Part shown: positions 8,235-17,918 of the stretch, one piece after another
Layout: each line of letters begins with the position of its first letter
How positions within the stretch are numbered: the first letter of the stretch is position 1
Assembly: GCA_050953105.1 (NCBI GenBank)
Contig: JBMNMA010000001.1
Span: 401,983-465,982 of the forward strand
DNA length: 64,000 nt
Direction of reading: 5' to 3'
DNA from: Eubacteriales bacterium
GTDB taxonomy: Bacteria > Bacillota > Clostridia > Oscillospirales > CAG-382
Made by a program: the position numbers and the translations under genes
The notes under the pieces: model-generated
Databases searched by the model: none
What the model saw: the letters and a program-made list of their open reading frames with translations, nothing else
Told to the model about the DNA's origin: nothing

Positions 8235-9488
8235 TTGAAAAACCTTACCAAAAACATTATCATAGCCATTGCCGCCTTGACCTTTATGGCTTATGCGGCG
8301 ATTCAGATTTCTCTTTCGGTAGGGGATATGGTGGAGGTGGAGTCTGCGGTTTATTCCTCCTCGGTTAAAACAATCCCCCTAAATGCCTATATATTCCGTG
8401 ACGAGCGTCCGGTGATGACAGCCGGGCAGGGTTCGGCCTGCTATTTTTACGCCGACGGCGAAAAGGTGTTTAAAAACGCCGAAATACTTAAAATCTACTC
8501 CCTTGAAAGCGATGCAAAAATTCAGGAGGAGATTAATGAATTAAATAAAAAAATTTCTCTTCTTGAAAAATCCAACATAACCAAAAACTATTCCACCACC
8601 GACCTTGAGGCCCTTGATTCCTCAATAGCCTCAAAGATACACGCCATTATATCTTTAGTGGGAACCGGATCTCTTGACATGGCGGCGTTGAACGAGGATG
8701 ACCTGCTTATCCTTATGAACCGCCGGTCAGCGGTTATATCCGGCGCCGGTGGCTATGATTACGTTATTGATGCATATAAAAGCAAAATTTCTGAGCTTAA
8801 TTCCCGCATGACGGGCCAGTCATCATCGGTATATACAGATATTACGGGTTATTTTTATTCCAACACCGACGGGTATGAAAATATTTTCACCATGGATTTA
8901 CTTAACCGGCTTACGCTGGAGGAGTATTATTCCCTTGAGTCTAAAATGCCGGACGAGGCCTTGTTTTCCCAGTCAAAGGGTAAAATAGTTACCTCGGTGA
9001 AATGGTATATTACCGTATCCCTTGACAAAAGGACAATATCAAAGCTAACCGATAAAAAACCCGCAAACTACAAATATGAAATAAGGTTTCCCTATTCCGA
9101 CAATCAAACCGTTAAGATGAAGCTGGAAAAAGTGGTTTCGCAAACCGACTACGATTATGCGGTTATGGTTTTTTCCTCCGACGTTCAAATAGAAGGCTTC
9201 AACTACACCCGCACCCAGCCGGTGGAGATTGTTTATGAATATTACACCGGGCTTAAGGTGCCCATGTCGGCCATAAGGGTGGTTGACGGGGTTACCGGTG
9301 TTTACATTCTTGACGGAAATGTGGTTAAATTCAAATCCGCCACGGTGTTAAACGAGGAAAACGGCTATTGTATCTGCGCTCTTCCCGACAGCAACGATGT
9401 AAATGTCATTTCCAAAACAAAAATTTCGCTGTATGACCCGGTTATTGTTGCGGGCAAGGGCTTATACGAGGGGAAGATTATAAAATGA
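8235..9488 (+). CDS. Membrane-anchored HlyD/membrane-fusion-like protein (single N-terminal TM, coiled coil, beta-rich C-terminus)
   Basis: TTG start. N-terminal TM IIIAIAALTFMAYAAI. Coiled-coil segment IQEEINELNKKISLLEK. Overlaps the yggS start by 4 nt. Family assignment is tentative. Confidence 0.45.
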   Translation: MKNLTKNIIIAIAALTFMAYAAIQISLSVGDMVEVESAVYSSSVKTIPLNAYIFRDERPVMTAGQGSACYFYADGEKVFKNAEILKIYSLESDAKIQEEINELNKKISLLEKSNITKNYSTTDLEALDSSIASKIHAIISLVGTGSLDMAALNEDDLLILMNRRSAVISGAGGYDYVIDAYKSKISELNSRMTGQSSSVYTDITGYFYSNTDGYENIFTMDLLNRLTLEEYYSLESKMPDEALFSQSKGKIVTSVKWYITVSLDKRTISKLTDKKPANYKYEIRFPYSDNQTVKMKLEKVVSQTDYDYAVMVFSSDVQIEGFNYTRTQPVEIVYEYYTGLKVPMSAIRVVDGVTGVYILDGNVVKFKSATVLNEENGYCICALPDSNDVNVISKTKISLYDPVIVAGKGLYEGKIIK

Positions 9489-10171
9489 CGGCAACTTTTG
9501 AAGAAATACAAAATAATATAAACGATATACAGTCATTTTTAAACGGCAGAGCCACTCTGCTTGCCGCCACCAAAACCATACCTGCCGAAATTATCAACGC
9601 AACCTACGACATGGGAATAAGGGTGATAGGCGAAAACCGGGTTCAGGAGCTTGTGGAAAAGTATCCCCTCCTTGACAAACGGTTTGAAATTCACTTTATA
9701 GGCAGACTGCAGCGGAATAAAGTAAAATATATAATAGACAAGGTTTCCCTTATCCATTCCCTTGATTCCATATCCCTTGCCAAGGAGATTGACAAACAGG
9801 CGGCAAAGGCGGGCAAAGTGCAAAACTGCCTTATTGAAATTAATTTAGGCAGCGAGGAAAACAAGGGAGGAATCACTCTTGACGAAACCGAAAGCTTTAT
9901 CGAGCAGTTGAAAATATTCCCAAATATAAGGATAAAAGGCCTTATGGGCGTAGTGCCGGCAACGGGGGATGAGGTAAAAAATATTTATTTTTTTACAAAA
10001 ATAACCCAGAAATTTATTGACATCAGGTCAAAAAATGTGGATAATAATATCATGGATAAAAGTGCAATGGAAATCCTTTCCCTAGGCATGACAGGCGATT
10101 ACAGGCAGGCCGTGGAATGCGGCTCCAATCTTGTCAGAATAGGCGAAGGCATTTTCGGAAAGCGGAACTGA
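9485..10171 (+). CDS. yggS: YggS/YlmE family pyridoxal-phosphate homeostasis protein
   Basis: LLAATKT (PLP Lys), IGENRVQEL, FIGRLQRNKVKYI, LSLGMTGDY..VRIGEGIFG. Confidence 0.9.
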   Translation: MTATFEEIQNNINDIQSFLNGRATLLAATKTIPAEIINATYDMGIRVIGENRVQELVEKYPLLDKRFEIHFIGRLQRNKVKYIIDKVSLIHSLDSISLAKEIDKQAAKAGKVQNCLIEINLGSEENKGGITLDETESFIEQLKIFPNIRIKGLMGVVPATGDEVKNIYFFTKITQKFIDIRSKNVDNNIMDKSAMEILSLGMTGDYRQAVECGSNLVRIGEGIFGKRN

Positions 10172-10262
10172 AAAATAAGCGTATTTTGGTCAAAAGGGCT
10201 TGGACAAAGCTTTTTTGACCATAACGGTAATAAATTAACAAAATATTTTGGAGGTATATATA

Positions 10263-10724
10263 ATGGGTATCATGAACCGTTTATCCGACCTTTTTAAGGG
10301 CGAAAACGAGTATGTTGACGAGTTCAAGGAAGGCTATGACGAAGAGGAAACCGAACAGGAAACCGTATCGGCTCCTACTGCCACGGCATCAAAAATGAGC
10401 GGCGGGCTTGCCTCATCCTCCTCCCTTGAAATGAAGGTCTGTAAACCCGAAAAATACGAAGACGTAACCAAAATCGCAACCCATCTTCTTGAACGCAGAA
10501 CGGTTGTATTAAACCTTGAAGATGCCAATAAGGAAACCATAATAAGAATAATCGACTTCCTTTTCGGCGTAACCTTTGCAATTAACGGCCAGCTTAAGCG
10601 GGTAGCATCCTCTACTTATGTCATTACTCCCCCCAATGTGGAGGTAACAGGCGAACAGAAAGAAGCGGAAGGAATGCCGGGATCAACCCAAGCCCCCAAG
10701 AATAAACCCAGAGAACTCTTTTAA
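10263..10724 (+). CDS. sepF: Cell division protein SepF
   Basis: ATG 10263 follows GGAGG. N-terminal amphipathic MGIMNRLSDLFKG. C-terminal SepF core VVLNLEDANKETIIRIIDFLFGVTFAINGQLKRV. Confidence 0.88.
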   Translation: MGIMNRLSDLFKGENEYVDEFKEGYDEEETEQETVSAPTATASKMSGGLASSSSLEMKVCKPEKYEDVTKIATHLLERRTVVLNLEDANKETIIRIIDFLFGVTFAINGQLKRVASSTYVITPPNVEVTGEQKEAEGMPGSTQAPKNKPRELF

Positions 10725-10740
10725 GAGCCGGTGATTTGAT

Positions 10741-11013
10741 TTGAACTTCATTTATCTTATAATGTCAACGGTTTTGCTGTATTTGTCTGCCCTCAGCCTT
10801 ATGATTGTAATTAGGGTGATATATCCCCTTTTTGCCGCAGAGGAAGGGCCGGCCTATTCCTTCATATATGCCACCACCGAACCGGTGATAATGCCGGTGA
10901 GATCGGTGCTTGACAGGTCGGAGGTTTTTTCGGCAATACCCGTAGATTTTTCAAGCATATTTGCATTTATAATACTTTTTATGGTAAGAGGGTTATTGAC
11001 TCTTCTTGTCTGA
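10741..11013 (+). CDS. YggT/YlmG family membrane protein
   Basis: A 90-aa protein with two TM segments, in the conserved sepF-ylmG-divIVA position. The start codon is uncertain (TTG 10741 or ATG 10762). Confidence 0.7.
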   Translation: MNFIYLIMSTVLLYLSALSLMIVIRVIYPLFAAEEGPAYSFIYATTEPVIMPVRSVLDRSEVFSAIPVDFSSIFAFIILFMVRGLLTLLV

Positions 11014-11046
11014 ATTTAATTTGCCTATTTTTTAGGAGGTTCATAT

Positions 11047-11802
11047 ATGCTCGCTCCACACGAACTTAAAAACAAAACCTTTAAAAAAACCATGCGCGGC
11101 TACAACCCCGCAGAGGTAGATGACTATATTGAATTTCTTATCGATACCTACACCAACCTTTACCGTGAAAACAGCGAGCTTGAAAGAAAGCTTAAGATAG
11201 TTGTGACCAATCTTGACGAGATTAAAGAAGAAGAAGAAGCTATCCGTTCAACCCTTCTTAAATCCCAAAAGCTTGGGGAAAAAATTATCAGAGACGCTAA
11301 CGAAAAGGCCGAGGTTATAATCAATTCCATAAAGGACCGCTGCGACGCCATTATTGCCGACTTCCGCAACCAGCTTGCCGAAGAAAAGAAGGAAATGTGG
11401 AAGCTGCGCACCAAAATCCTTGACTTCAAAAAGAACATATACGATTTATATCGAGACCATATTGAGGAACTCCAGTCCATATCTGTTAACGAGCTTGAGG
11501 ATATAGTCCTCCCCAACGAAGCCGAAATAGTAAATAAGATTTTCGTGGACGTAAAATCAGCAATTCAAAAGGAAATTGCCGAAAACCAAAAGAGGCAGGA
11601 GGATGAGGACTTAAACGCCATCCCCATAACCAAGCCTTCAAAAATTTCACAAGTTTCCGACGAAGAATATATAGAAATGCTTTCGAAAAAGCAGTCCGAA
11701 ACCGATACTCTGCCTGCGGAGGAAATTGCGGCAGAAGAAGAAACCGAAGACCAACCGGTTAACAGTAATACGGCAAAGGAAGAGGCTACATCAAAGGAAT
11801 AA
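11047..11802 (+). CDS. divIVA: DivIVA domain protein
   Basis: N-terminus LAPHELKNKTFKKTMRGYNPAEVDDYIEFL followed by coiled coil. AGGAGG RBS. Confidence 0.88.
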   Translation: MLAPHELKNKTFKKTMRGYNPAEVDDYIEFLIDTYTNLYRENSELERKLKIVVTNLDEIKEEEEAIRSTLLKSQKLGEKIIRDANEKAEVIINSIKDRCDAIIADFRNQLAEEKKEMWKLRTKILDFKKNIYDLYRDHIEELQSISVNELEDIVLPNEAEIVNKIFVDVKSAIQKEIAENQKRQEDEDLNAIPITKPSKISQVSDEEYIEMLSKKQSETDTLPAEEIAAEEETEDQPVNSNTAKEEATSKE

Positions 11803-11822
11803 TCGAAAGGTAATATCAAGTC

Positions 11823-14630
11823 ATGCGCGATTATAAAGACACTTTAAATTTGCCCTCAACCGGATTTCCGATGAGGGCTAATCTTACTAATAAGGAACCT
11901 GAAACAAATAAGAAATGGGAAGAACAAAACCTGTATAATCTTGTTCAGGAAAAAAACAAAGGTAACAAAACCTTTATACTTCACGACGGCCCTCCCTTTT
12001 CCAACGGCAACATTCACATGGGAACGGCCTTAAACAAGGTTTTAAAGGATTTTATAGTCAAATCCAAATCCATGTCGGGCTACCGTGCCCCCTATGTCCC
12101 CGGCTGGGACAACCACGGCATGCCCATTGAGTCGGCCATAATAAAGCAAAGCAAGCTGGACCGGAAGAAAATGTCCATTCCCGAATTCCGCAAGGCCTGC
12201 GAGGACTTTGCGGCCAATTTTGTGGACATTCAGCGCACCTCCTTTAAGCGGCTGGGAATATTAGGGGATTGGGACAACCCCTATCTCACCATGTCCCCTG
12301 CTTTTGAGGCAAAGGAAATTAAGGTTTTCGGTGAAATGTTCAGAAAGGGCTACATTTACAAGGGTCTAAAGCCCGTTTACTGGTGCCCCAAGGACGAAAC
12401 CGCTCTGGCCGAGGCCGAGATTGAATACAGCGATTCACCCTGCAATTCCATATACGTTAAGTTTTTGGTCAAGGACGACAAGGGAAAGCTTAACGGAATT
12501 TGCGATATATCCAAAACCTATTTTGTAATCTGGACCACCACCCCCTGGACACTCCCCGGAAATATGGCTATAGCCTTAAATCCCAGGGAAAATTATTCGG
12601 TGGTGGCGGCAAACGGCGAATATTATATAATAGCCACACCTTTGCTTGAATCCACCATGTCCGCCGCAGATATAAAGGATTACCAAACCGTAGGGGAATT
12701 TGAAGGCAGCTTCTTTGAATATATGACCGCCTTCCACCCCTTCCTTGACCGTGACTCCCTTATCTGCAACGCCGACTATGTAACTATGGACAGCGGCACC
12801 GGCTGCGTTCACACCGCTCCCGGCTTTGGCGCAGACGACTATTTCACCGGATTGAAATACAACATAAAATTTGTGGTGCCGGTGGATGACAGAGGATACC
12901 AGACCGGCGAAGCCGGCAAGTTCGCCGGAATGTTCTATGAAGATTCCAACAAGGCCATTATGGAGGACCTTAAGGAAACCGGCGCATTGTTTGCCGAAAG
13001 CAAGCTGGTTCACCAGTATCCCCATTGCTGGCGGTGCAAAAACCCCATAATCTTCAGAGCAACCCCCCAATGGTTCTGCTCGGTAGAGGCTTTCAGGGAC
13101 AAAGCCATTGCCGCCTGCGAACACGTTGACTGGATACCCAAATGGGGCGGAGAACGCATGGTTTCTATGATAAAGGAACGTGCCGACTGGTGCATATCCC
13201 GCCAGAGGCACTGGGGACTCCCCATTCCCGCTTTCTACTGCAAGGACTGCGGCGAAATTATATGCGACGAAAAGACGATAGATAAAGTTTCCGAAATTTT
13301 CGCAAAGGAAGGCTCCAACGCCTGGTTTGCCAAAACCGAAAGCGAGCTTTTACCCGAAGGCTATGTCTGCCCCAAGTGCGGCGGAAATCACTTTGTTAAA
13401 GAAACCGATACCCTTGACGGCTGGTTCGACTCGGGTTCCACCCACTATGCGGTGCTGGGTAACGACGAGAATTTATCCTGGCCTGCCGACTTATATCTTG
13501 AAGGGGCCGACCAGTATCGTGGCTGGTTCCAGTCCTCCCTGCTGACTGCCGTCGGCTCGCAGGACAACGGAGCTCCCTACAGACAGGTACTCACCCACGG
13601 CTGGACTGTGGACGGGGAAGGCAAGGCCATGCACAAGTCATTGGGCAACACCATTGCTCCCGAGGAGATTGTAGGCAAATACGGCGCCGATATGCTTAGA
13701 ATGTGGGTTGCCGCCTCGGACTACACCTCCGATGTCAGAGTTTCGGACGAAATATTCAAACAGCTTTCGGAATCCTACCGCAAAATAAGAAACACACTCC
13801 GCATACTCCTTGCCAACCTTGGCGACGGCAACGACTTTTTGCCCGACCGGGATTATGTTTCCGCCGATAACCTTAAAACCCTTGACAAATGGCTGCTTGC
13901 CAAGCTGAACAGGCTTGTTAAGCTGGTTAACGAATCCTATAACAGCTATGAATTCCATATAATATACCATGAAATCCACAACTTCTGCTCCATTGAACTT
14001 TCCAAGATTTATGTTGACATAACCAAGGACAGAATGTATTGCGAGAAGAAGGATTCGGTATCTCGCAGGGCTGCCCAGACGGTTATGTATGAAGCGGCAT
14101 CGGCTTTAATACGAATGCTGGCCCCCATACTTTCCTTCACCGCAGAAGAAGCGTGGAGCTATCTCCCCCACTCGGCAAACGACAACACCCAAAGCGTATT
14201 TTTAAACAACCTTCCCCAATACAGAAAAGACTTTGAGTTTGACGAAGCCGAGGAAAGCTACGACAAGCTGTTTGTCTACCGTGACACGGTGCTGAAAGCC
14301 CTTGAAGAAGCCAGAGTAGCCAAAACCATAGGCAAGCCACTTGACGCAGACGTGGTGCTTTCGGTGGCTGCGGGCGGCGACAGCGATGTACTGAAGGTCT
14401 TTGAGGACCATAAAGACGACCTTGCCGAAATATTTATCACCAGCAAGGCGGAAATTTCTACCGACACCCCCCAAGAGGGAACCTTCTACGACGACCTTGC
14501 CAAGCTGTATGTGGCCGTTACCCCTGCCAAAGGGGAAAAATGTGTCCGCTGCTGGAAGATAGGCGAAGGTTTTAAAACCGACGAGGATGGACAGCATCTC
14601 TGCCCGAGATGTAAGAACGCAGTATGTTAG
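11823..14630 (+). CDS. ileS: Isoleucine--tRNA ligase (type 1, with C-terminal Zn ribbon)
   Basis: HMGTALNK (HIGH-type motif), KMHKSLGN (KMSKS-type motif), C-terminal CVRCWK...CPRC. Confidence 0.97.
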   Translation: MRDYKDTLNLPSTGFPMRANLTNKEPETNKKWEEQNLYNLVQEKNKGNKTFILHDGPPFSNGNIHMGTALNKVLKDFIVKSKSMSGYRAPYVPGWDNHGMPIESAIIKQSKLDRKKMSIPEFRKACEDFAANFVDIQRTSFKRLGILGDWDNPYLTMSPAFEAKEIKVFGEMFRKGYIYKGLKPVYWCPKDETALAEAEIEYSDSPCNSIYVKFLVKDDKGKLNGICDISKTYFVIWTTTPWTLPGNMAIALNPRENYSVVAANGEYYIIATPLLESTMSAADIKDYQTVGEFEGSFFEYMTAFHPFLDRDSLICNADYVTMDSGTGCVHTAPGFGADDYFTGLKYNIKFVVPVDDRGYQTGEAGKFAGMFYEDSNKAIMEDLKETGALFAESKLVHQYPHCWRCKNPIIFRATPQWFCSVEAFRDKAIAACEHVDWIPKWGGERMVSMIKERADWCISRQRHWGLPIPAFYCKDCGEIICDEKTIDKVSEIFAKEGSNAWFAKTESELLPEGYVCPKCGGNHFVKETDTLDGWFDSGSTHYAVLGNDENLSWPADLYLEGADQYRGWFQSSLLTAVGSQDNGAPYRQVLTHGWTVDGEGKAMHKSLGNTIAPEEIVGKYGADMLRMWVAASDYTSDVRVSDEIFKQLSESYRKIRNTLRILLANLGDGNDFLPDRDYVSADNLKTLDKWLLAKLNRLVKLVNESYNSYEFHIIYHEIHNFCSIELSKIYVDITKDRMYCEKKDSVSRRAAQTVMYEAASALIRMLAPILSFTAEEAWSYLPHSANDNTQSVFLNNLPQYRKDFEFDEAEESYDKLFVYRDTVLKALEEARVAKTIGKPLDADVVLSVAAGGDSDVLKVFEDHKDDLAEIFITSKAEISTDTPQEGTFYDDLAKLYVAVTPAKGEKCVRCWKIGEGFKTDEDGQHLCPRCKNAVC

Positions 14631-15178
14631 CCTTTTTTGTGATATTTGGCGTTGTGGTGCTTGACCAGTTCACCAAGTTTTTGGTGCGGCTGTATATGGA
14701 AGTTGGCGACAGCTTTACCCTAATCCCCGGGGTTATGAATATAACCTATGTGGAAAACGACGGCGCCGCCTTTGGTATGCTCGACAACGCAAGATGGCTG
14801 TTTATGATAGTCTCGGCTGTTGCCATTGTGGCTATCGTAGTATTTCTGCGCAAGCACGGCAGCCGGCACACGCTGCTTACCCTTTCTTTGTCCTTTATTG
14901 CCGGCGGCGGTATCGGAAACATGATAGACCGCACCTTTGTAACCGATGTCAACGGAACACACGTTGTAACCGACTTTTTTGAAACCGCCTTTATGGATTT
15001 TGCAGTATTCAACGTGGCCGACTCGTTTATTACCGTAGGGGCTATACTCCTTGGAATTTATATAATATTTATCGAACCTAAAGTAGAAAAGAAGTTGAAA
15101 GCCGCCGCAGCTGCCGCTGCGGCGGACAATGACGAAAATACCGATTATCCCGAATACGATGATTTGAAAGACAATTAG
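14624..15178 (+). CDS. lspA: Lipoprotein signal peptidase II
   Basis: DQFTKF, NDGAAFG, GGGIGNMIDR, FNVADS motifs. Overlaps the ileS stop (ATGTTAG). It has an Ala8 plus acidic C-terminal tail. Confidence 0.92.
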   Translation: MLAFFVIFGVVVLDQFTKFLVRLYMEVGDSFTLIPGVMNITYVENDGAAFGMLDNARWLFMIVSAVAIVAIVVFLRKHGSRHTLLTLSLSFIAGGGIGNMIDRTFVTDVNGTHVVTDFFETAFMDFAVFNVADSFITVGAILLGIYIIFIEPKVEKKLKAAAAAAAADNDENTDYPEYDDLKDN

Positions 15179-15184
15179 GAAAAA

Positions 15185-16108
15185 ATGAAAACTACCACAC
15201 TTACAACCAACGAAAATACAGCCGGGGTTAGGCTGGACCTGTATATAAGCGAAAACCTTGAAATCAGCCGTTCTCTTACCCAGACGCTTATTATTGATGG
15301 CAAGGTAAGGGTTAACGGCTGTCCTTGTTCTAAAAACTACCGGATAAAGGGCAACGAAACCGTTGAAGTAACCATACCTGACCCTAAAAACCTTGATGCA
15401 TCACCCGAAGATATTCCGGTAAATATAATTTATGAGGACGAACACCTTCTTGTGGCCGACAAGCCCAAGGGAATGGTGGTTCATCCCGCCCATGGCAACG
15501 AAAAAGGAACCCTGGTAAACGCCCTGCTTTACCACTGCGAAGGCAGACTGTCGTCTATAAACGGCGTGGTCAGGCCGGGGATAGTCCACCGGATCGACAA
15601 GGACACTTCGGGCCTGTTAATTGTAGCCAAAACCGACGATGCCCATAACGGTCTGGCGGTTCAGATAGCAAACCATGTCTTTACCCGCAGATACGAGGCA
15701 ATATGCGACGGAGTCATTAAAGAGGATTCCGGAACAATAAATCTTCCCATCGGCCGCAGCGACACCGATCGTAAAAAGATGGCGGTTAACGCCAAACGCT
15801 CCAAGGAAGCAATAACCCATTTTAAGGTTATAAAGCGCTACAAGAGATATACCCATGTGGAGCTTACCCTTGAAACCGGCCGAACCCACCAGATTAGGGT
15901 TCATCTTGCCAACATGGGCCACCCGGTCACCGGGGACAATGTTTACGGCAAGGCCAAAAACCCCTTCGGTCTTGAGGGACAATGCCTGTTTGCAAGATAC
16001 ATTTCATTTATACATCCCATATCCAAAAGGACATTATCCTTTGAGGCATCCTACCCGGATTATTTTGTAGAAACCCTTGAAAAGCTTGAAAAAGCTTATT
16101 CGGAATAA
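15185..16108 (+). CDS. rluD: RluA-family 23S rRNA pseudouridine synthase (RluD-like) with N-terminal S4 domain
   Basis: HRIDKDTSGLLIVAKT catalytic block and GRTHQIRVH. Confidence 0.9.
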   Translation: MKTTTLTTNENTAGVRLDLYISENLEISRSLTQTLIIDGKVRVNGCPCSKNYRIKGNETVEVTIPDPKNLDASPEDIPVNIIYEDEHLLVADKPKGMVVHPAHGNEKGTLVNALLYHCEGRLSSINGVVRPGIVHRIDKDTSGLLIVAKTDDAHNGLAVQIANHVFTRRYEAICDGVIKEDSGTINLPIGRSDTDRKKMAVNAKRSKEAITHFKVIKRYKRYTHVELTLETGRTHQIRVHLANMGHPVTGDNVYGKAKNPFGLEGQCLFARYISFIHPISKRTLSFEASYPDYFVETLEKLEKAYSE

Positions 16109-16134
16109 CTGACCATCAGTTGGCGGAGGAAAAC

Positions 16135-16980
16135 ATGGACTCCACAAAAAAGAAATTTTTAACCTTAAAAGCTGCCGAAATGCGACGGCTTATAATCGAG
16201 GCGGTGTATCACGCCCAAAGCGGACACCCCGGCGGCTCCCTTTCCAGCGCAGACATACTGACCTATCTTTATTTTGATAAGATGAACGTGTCACCGTCAA
16301 ACCCCCGTGACCCCGAACGGGACAGGTTTGTCCTGTCCAAAGGCCACTGCTGCCCGGCTTTATATTCGGCGCTGGCTCTTTCGGGTTATTTCCCCGTGGA
16401 AGACCTTAAAACCTTCCGCCACCTGGGATCCCATCTTCAGGGCCACCCCGACATGAATAAAACCAACGGTGTTGAAATGTCCACCGGTTCATTAGGTCAG
16501 GGCTTTTCCGCCGCCTGCGGCATGGCAGCGGCCGGAAAGGTTTACGGCAAGAACTACCGGGTATATACCATCCTGGGGGACGGCGAATGCGAAGAAGGCC
16601 AGGTTTGGGAGGCTGCCATGTTTGCGGCCCACTACAAGCTTGACAATATAACCGCTTTTCTTGACTTTAACGGCTATCAGATTGACGGGGCCATTCAGGA
16701 CGTGTTGAACCCCACCCCCTTTGACGAAAAGTTTAAGGCCTTTGGCTGGCATGTGGAAGTAATAGACGGCCACGACTTTGACCAGATTGAAAATGCGGTC
16801 AAAACCGGTGAAAAGTCGGGAAAACCCCTTATGATTATTGCCAAGACGGTAAAGGGCAAAGGGGTTTCATATATGGAAAATAATTATACCTGGCACGGCA
16901 AAGCCCCAAAAGAGGCGGAATATCTTGTCGCCTGCAAGGAACTGGACGAAAAGCTGGAACAGTTAAGGAGGGGTGAATAA
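16135..16980 (+). CDS. Transketolase, N-terminal (TPP-binding) subunit
   Basis: SGHPGGSLS, LSKGH, ILGDGECEEGQVWEA. ATG 16135 follows GGAGG. Confidence 0.9.
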   Translation: MDSTKKKFLTLKAAEMRRLIIEAVYHAQSGHPGGSLSSADILTYLYFDKMNVSPSNPRDPERDRFVLSKGHCCPALYSALALSGYFPVEDLKTFRHLGSHLQGHPDMNKTNGVEMSTGSLGQGFSAACGMAAAGKVYGKNYRVYTILGDGECEEGQVWEAAMFAAHYKLDNITAFLDFNGYQIDGAIQDVLNPTPFDEKFKAFGWHVEVIDGHDFDQIENAVKTGEKSGKPLMIIAKTVKGKGVSYMENNYTWHGKAPKEAEYLVACKELDEKLEQLRRGE

Positions 16981-17918
16981 TGGCGGATATTGCAACAAGG
17001 GTATCCTACGGCAGAGCGCTGGTGGATTTAGGCGCAAAATACGACTTTATGGTCCTTGACGCCGACCTTTCGGGTTCCACCAATACGGGTAAGTTTGCCG
17101 AAAAATACCCCGAACGGTTTTTAAACTGCGGAATTGCCGAAGGCAATATGATGTCAATAGCAGCAGGTATCGCTGCCACCGGCATTCCCGTGTTTGCCTC
17201 CACCTTTGCCATGTTTGCAGCCGGAAGAGCCTTTGAGCAGGTCAGAAACTCCATAGGCTACCCTGCCCTTAATGTAAAGGTTTGTGCCTCCCATGCAGGT
17301 ATTACCGTAGGCGAGGACGGAGCATCCCACCAGTGCTTAGAAGATATCGCCCTTATGCGGGCAATCCCGGGAATGACTATAGTTTCCCCTGCCGACGATA
17401 CCGAAGCCTATGCGGCCATTGAGCCTATATTAAACCACTCTGGCCCCGTTTACTGCCGTTTGGGAAGACATCCGGTGCCGGTGGTGTTTGATCCGGCAAC
17501 TTATAAATTCGAACTCGGAAAAGCCCTCCCCATAAGAGAAGGGGGCGACTGCGTGGTTTTTGCCACCGGTGTTATGGTGTCAAAAGCCATTGAGGCTTAT
17601 GATATACTGAAAGCCGAGGGAATTAATATTTCGGTGGTTAATATACACACCATAAAGCCCATTGATGCCGAAACCATAATAAAATATGCAGCAAAAACCG
17701 GCAACGTGGTTACCGCAGAGGAGCATTCCACCATCGGCGGCTTAGGCTCGGCGGTATGCGAGGTGCTGGCTGAAAACCTGCCTACAAAGGTTGCCCGTGT
17801 GGGTATTCCCGACATATTCGGTCAAAGCGGCAAGGCGGGCGAACTGCTTAACTACTACGGCCTTAACGGCAACGGCATTGCCGCAAAGGTAAAACAACTG
17901 TTGGGGGTTTCAAAATGA
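16980..17918 (+). CDS. Transketolase, C-terminal (pyrimidine-binding) subunit
   Basis: CGIAEGNMMSIAAG, EDGASHQ. Overlaps the previous stop (TAATG). Confidence 0.9.
   Translation: MADIATRVSYGRALVDLGAKYDFMVLDADLSGSTNTGKFAEKYPERFLNCGIAEGNMMSIAAGIAATGIPVFASTFAMFAAGRAFEQVRNSIGYPALNVKVCASHAGITVGEDGASHQCLEDIALMRAIPGMTIVSPADDTEAYAAIEPILNHSGPVYCRLGRHPVPVVFDPATYKFELGKALPIREGGDCVVFATGVMVSKAIEAYDILKAEGINISVVNIHTIKPIDAETIIKYAAKTGNVVTAEEHSTIGGLGSAVCEVLAENLPTKVARVGIPDIFGQSGKAGELLNYYGLNGNGIAAKVKQLLGVSK

Noticed and set aside
12576-13211. A 211-aa minus-strand ORF inside ileS, plus similar antisense ORFs: 580..1047, 22674..23168, 26623..27276, 28260..28781, 46781..47422, 49454..49918 and 57094..57639.
   Set aside because: All lie entirely within strongly supported conserved genes on the opposite strand and have low-complexity or Gly/Arg/Val-rich translations typical of shadow frames.
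15100-15125. A GC-rich palindromic tract (gccgccgcagctgccgctgcggcgg) near the end of lspA, considered as a possible regulatory hairpin.
   Set aside because: It is in frame, encodes the Ala8 tail of LspA, and has no T-run or adjacent regulatory context.
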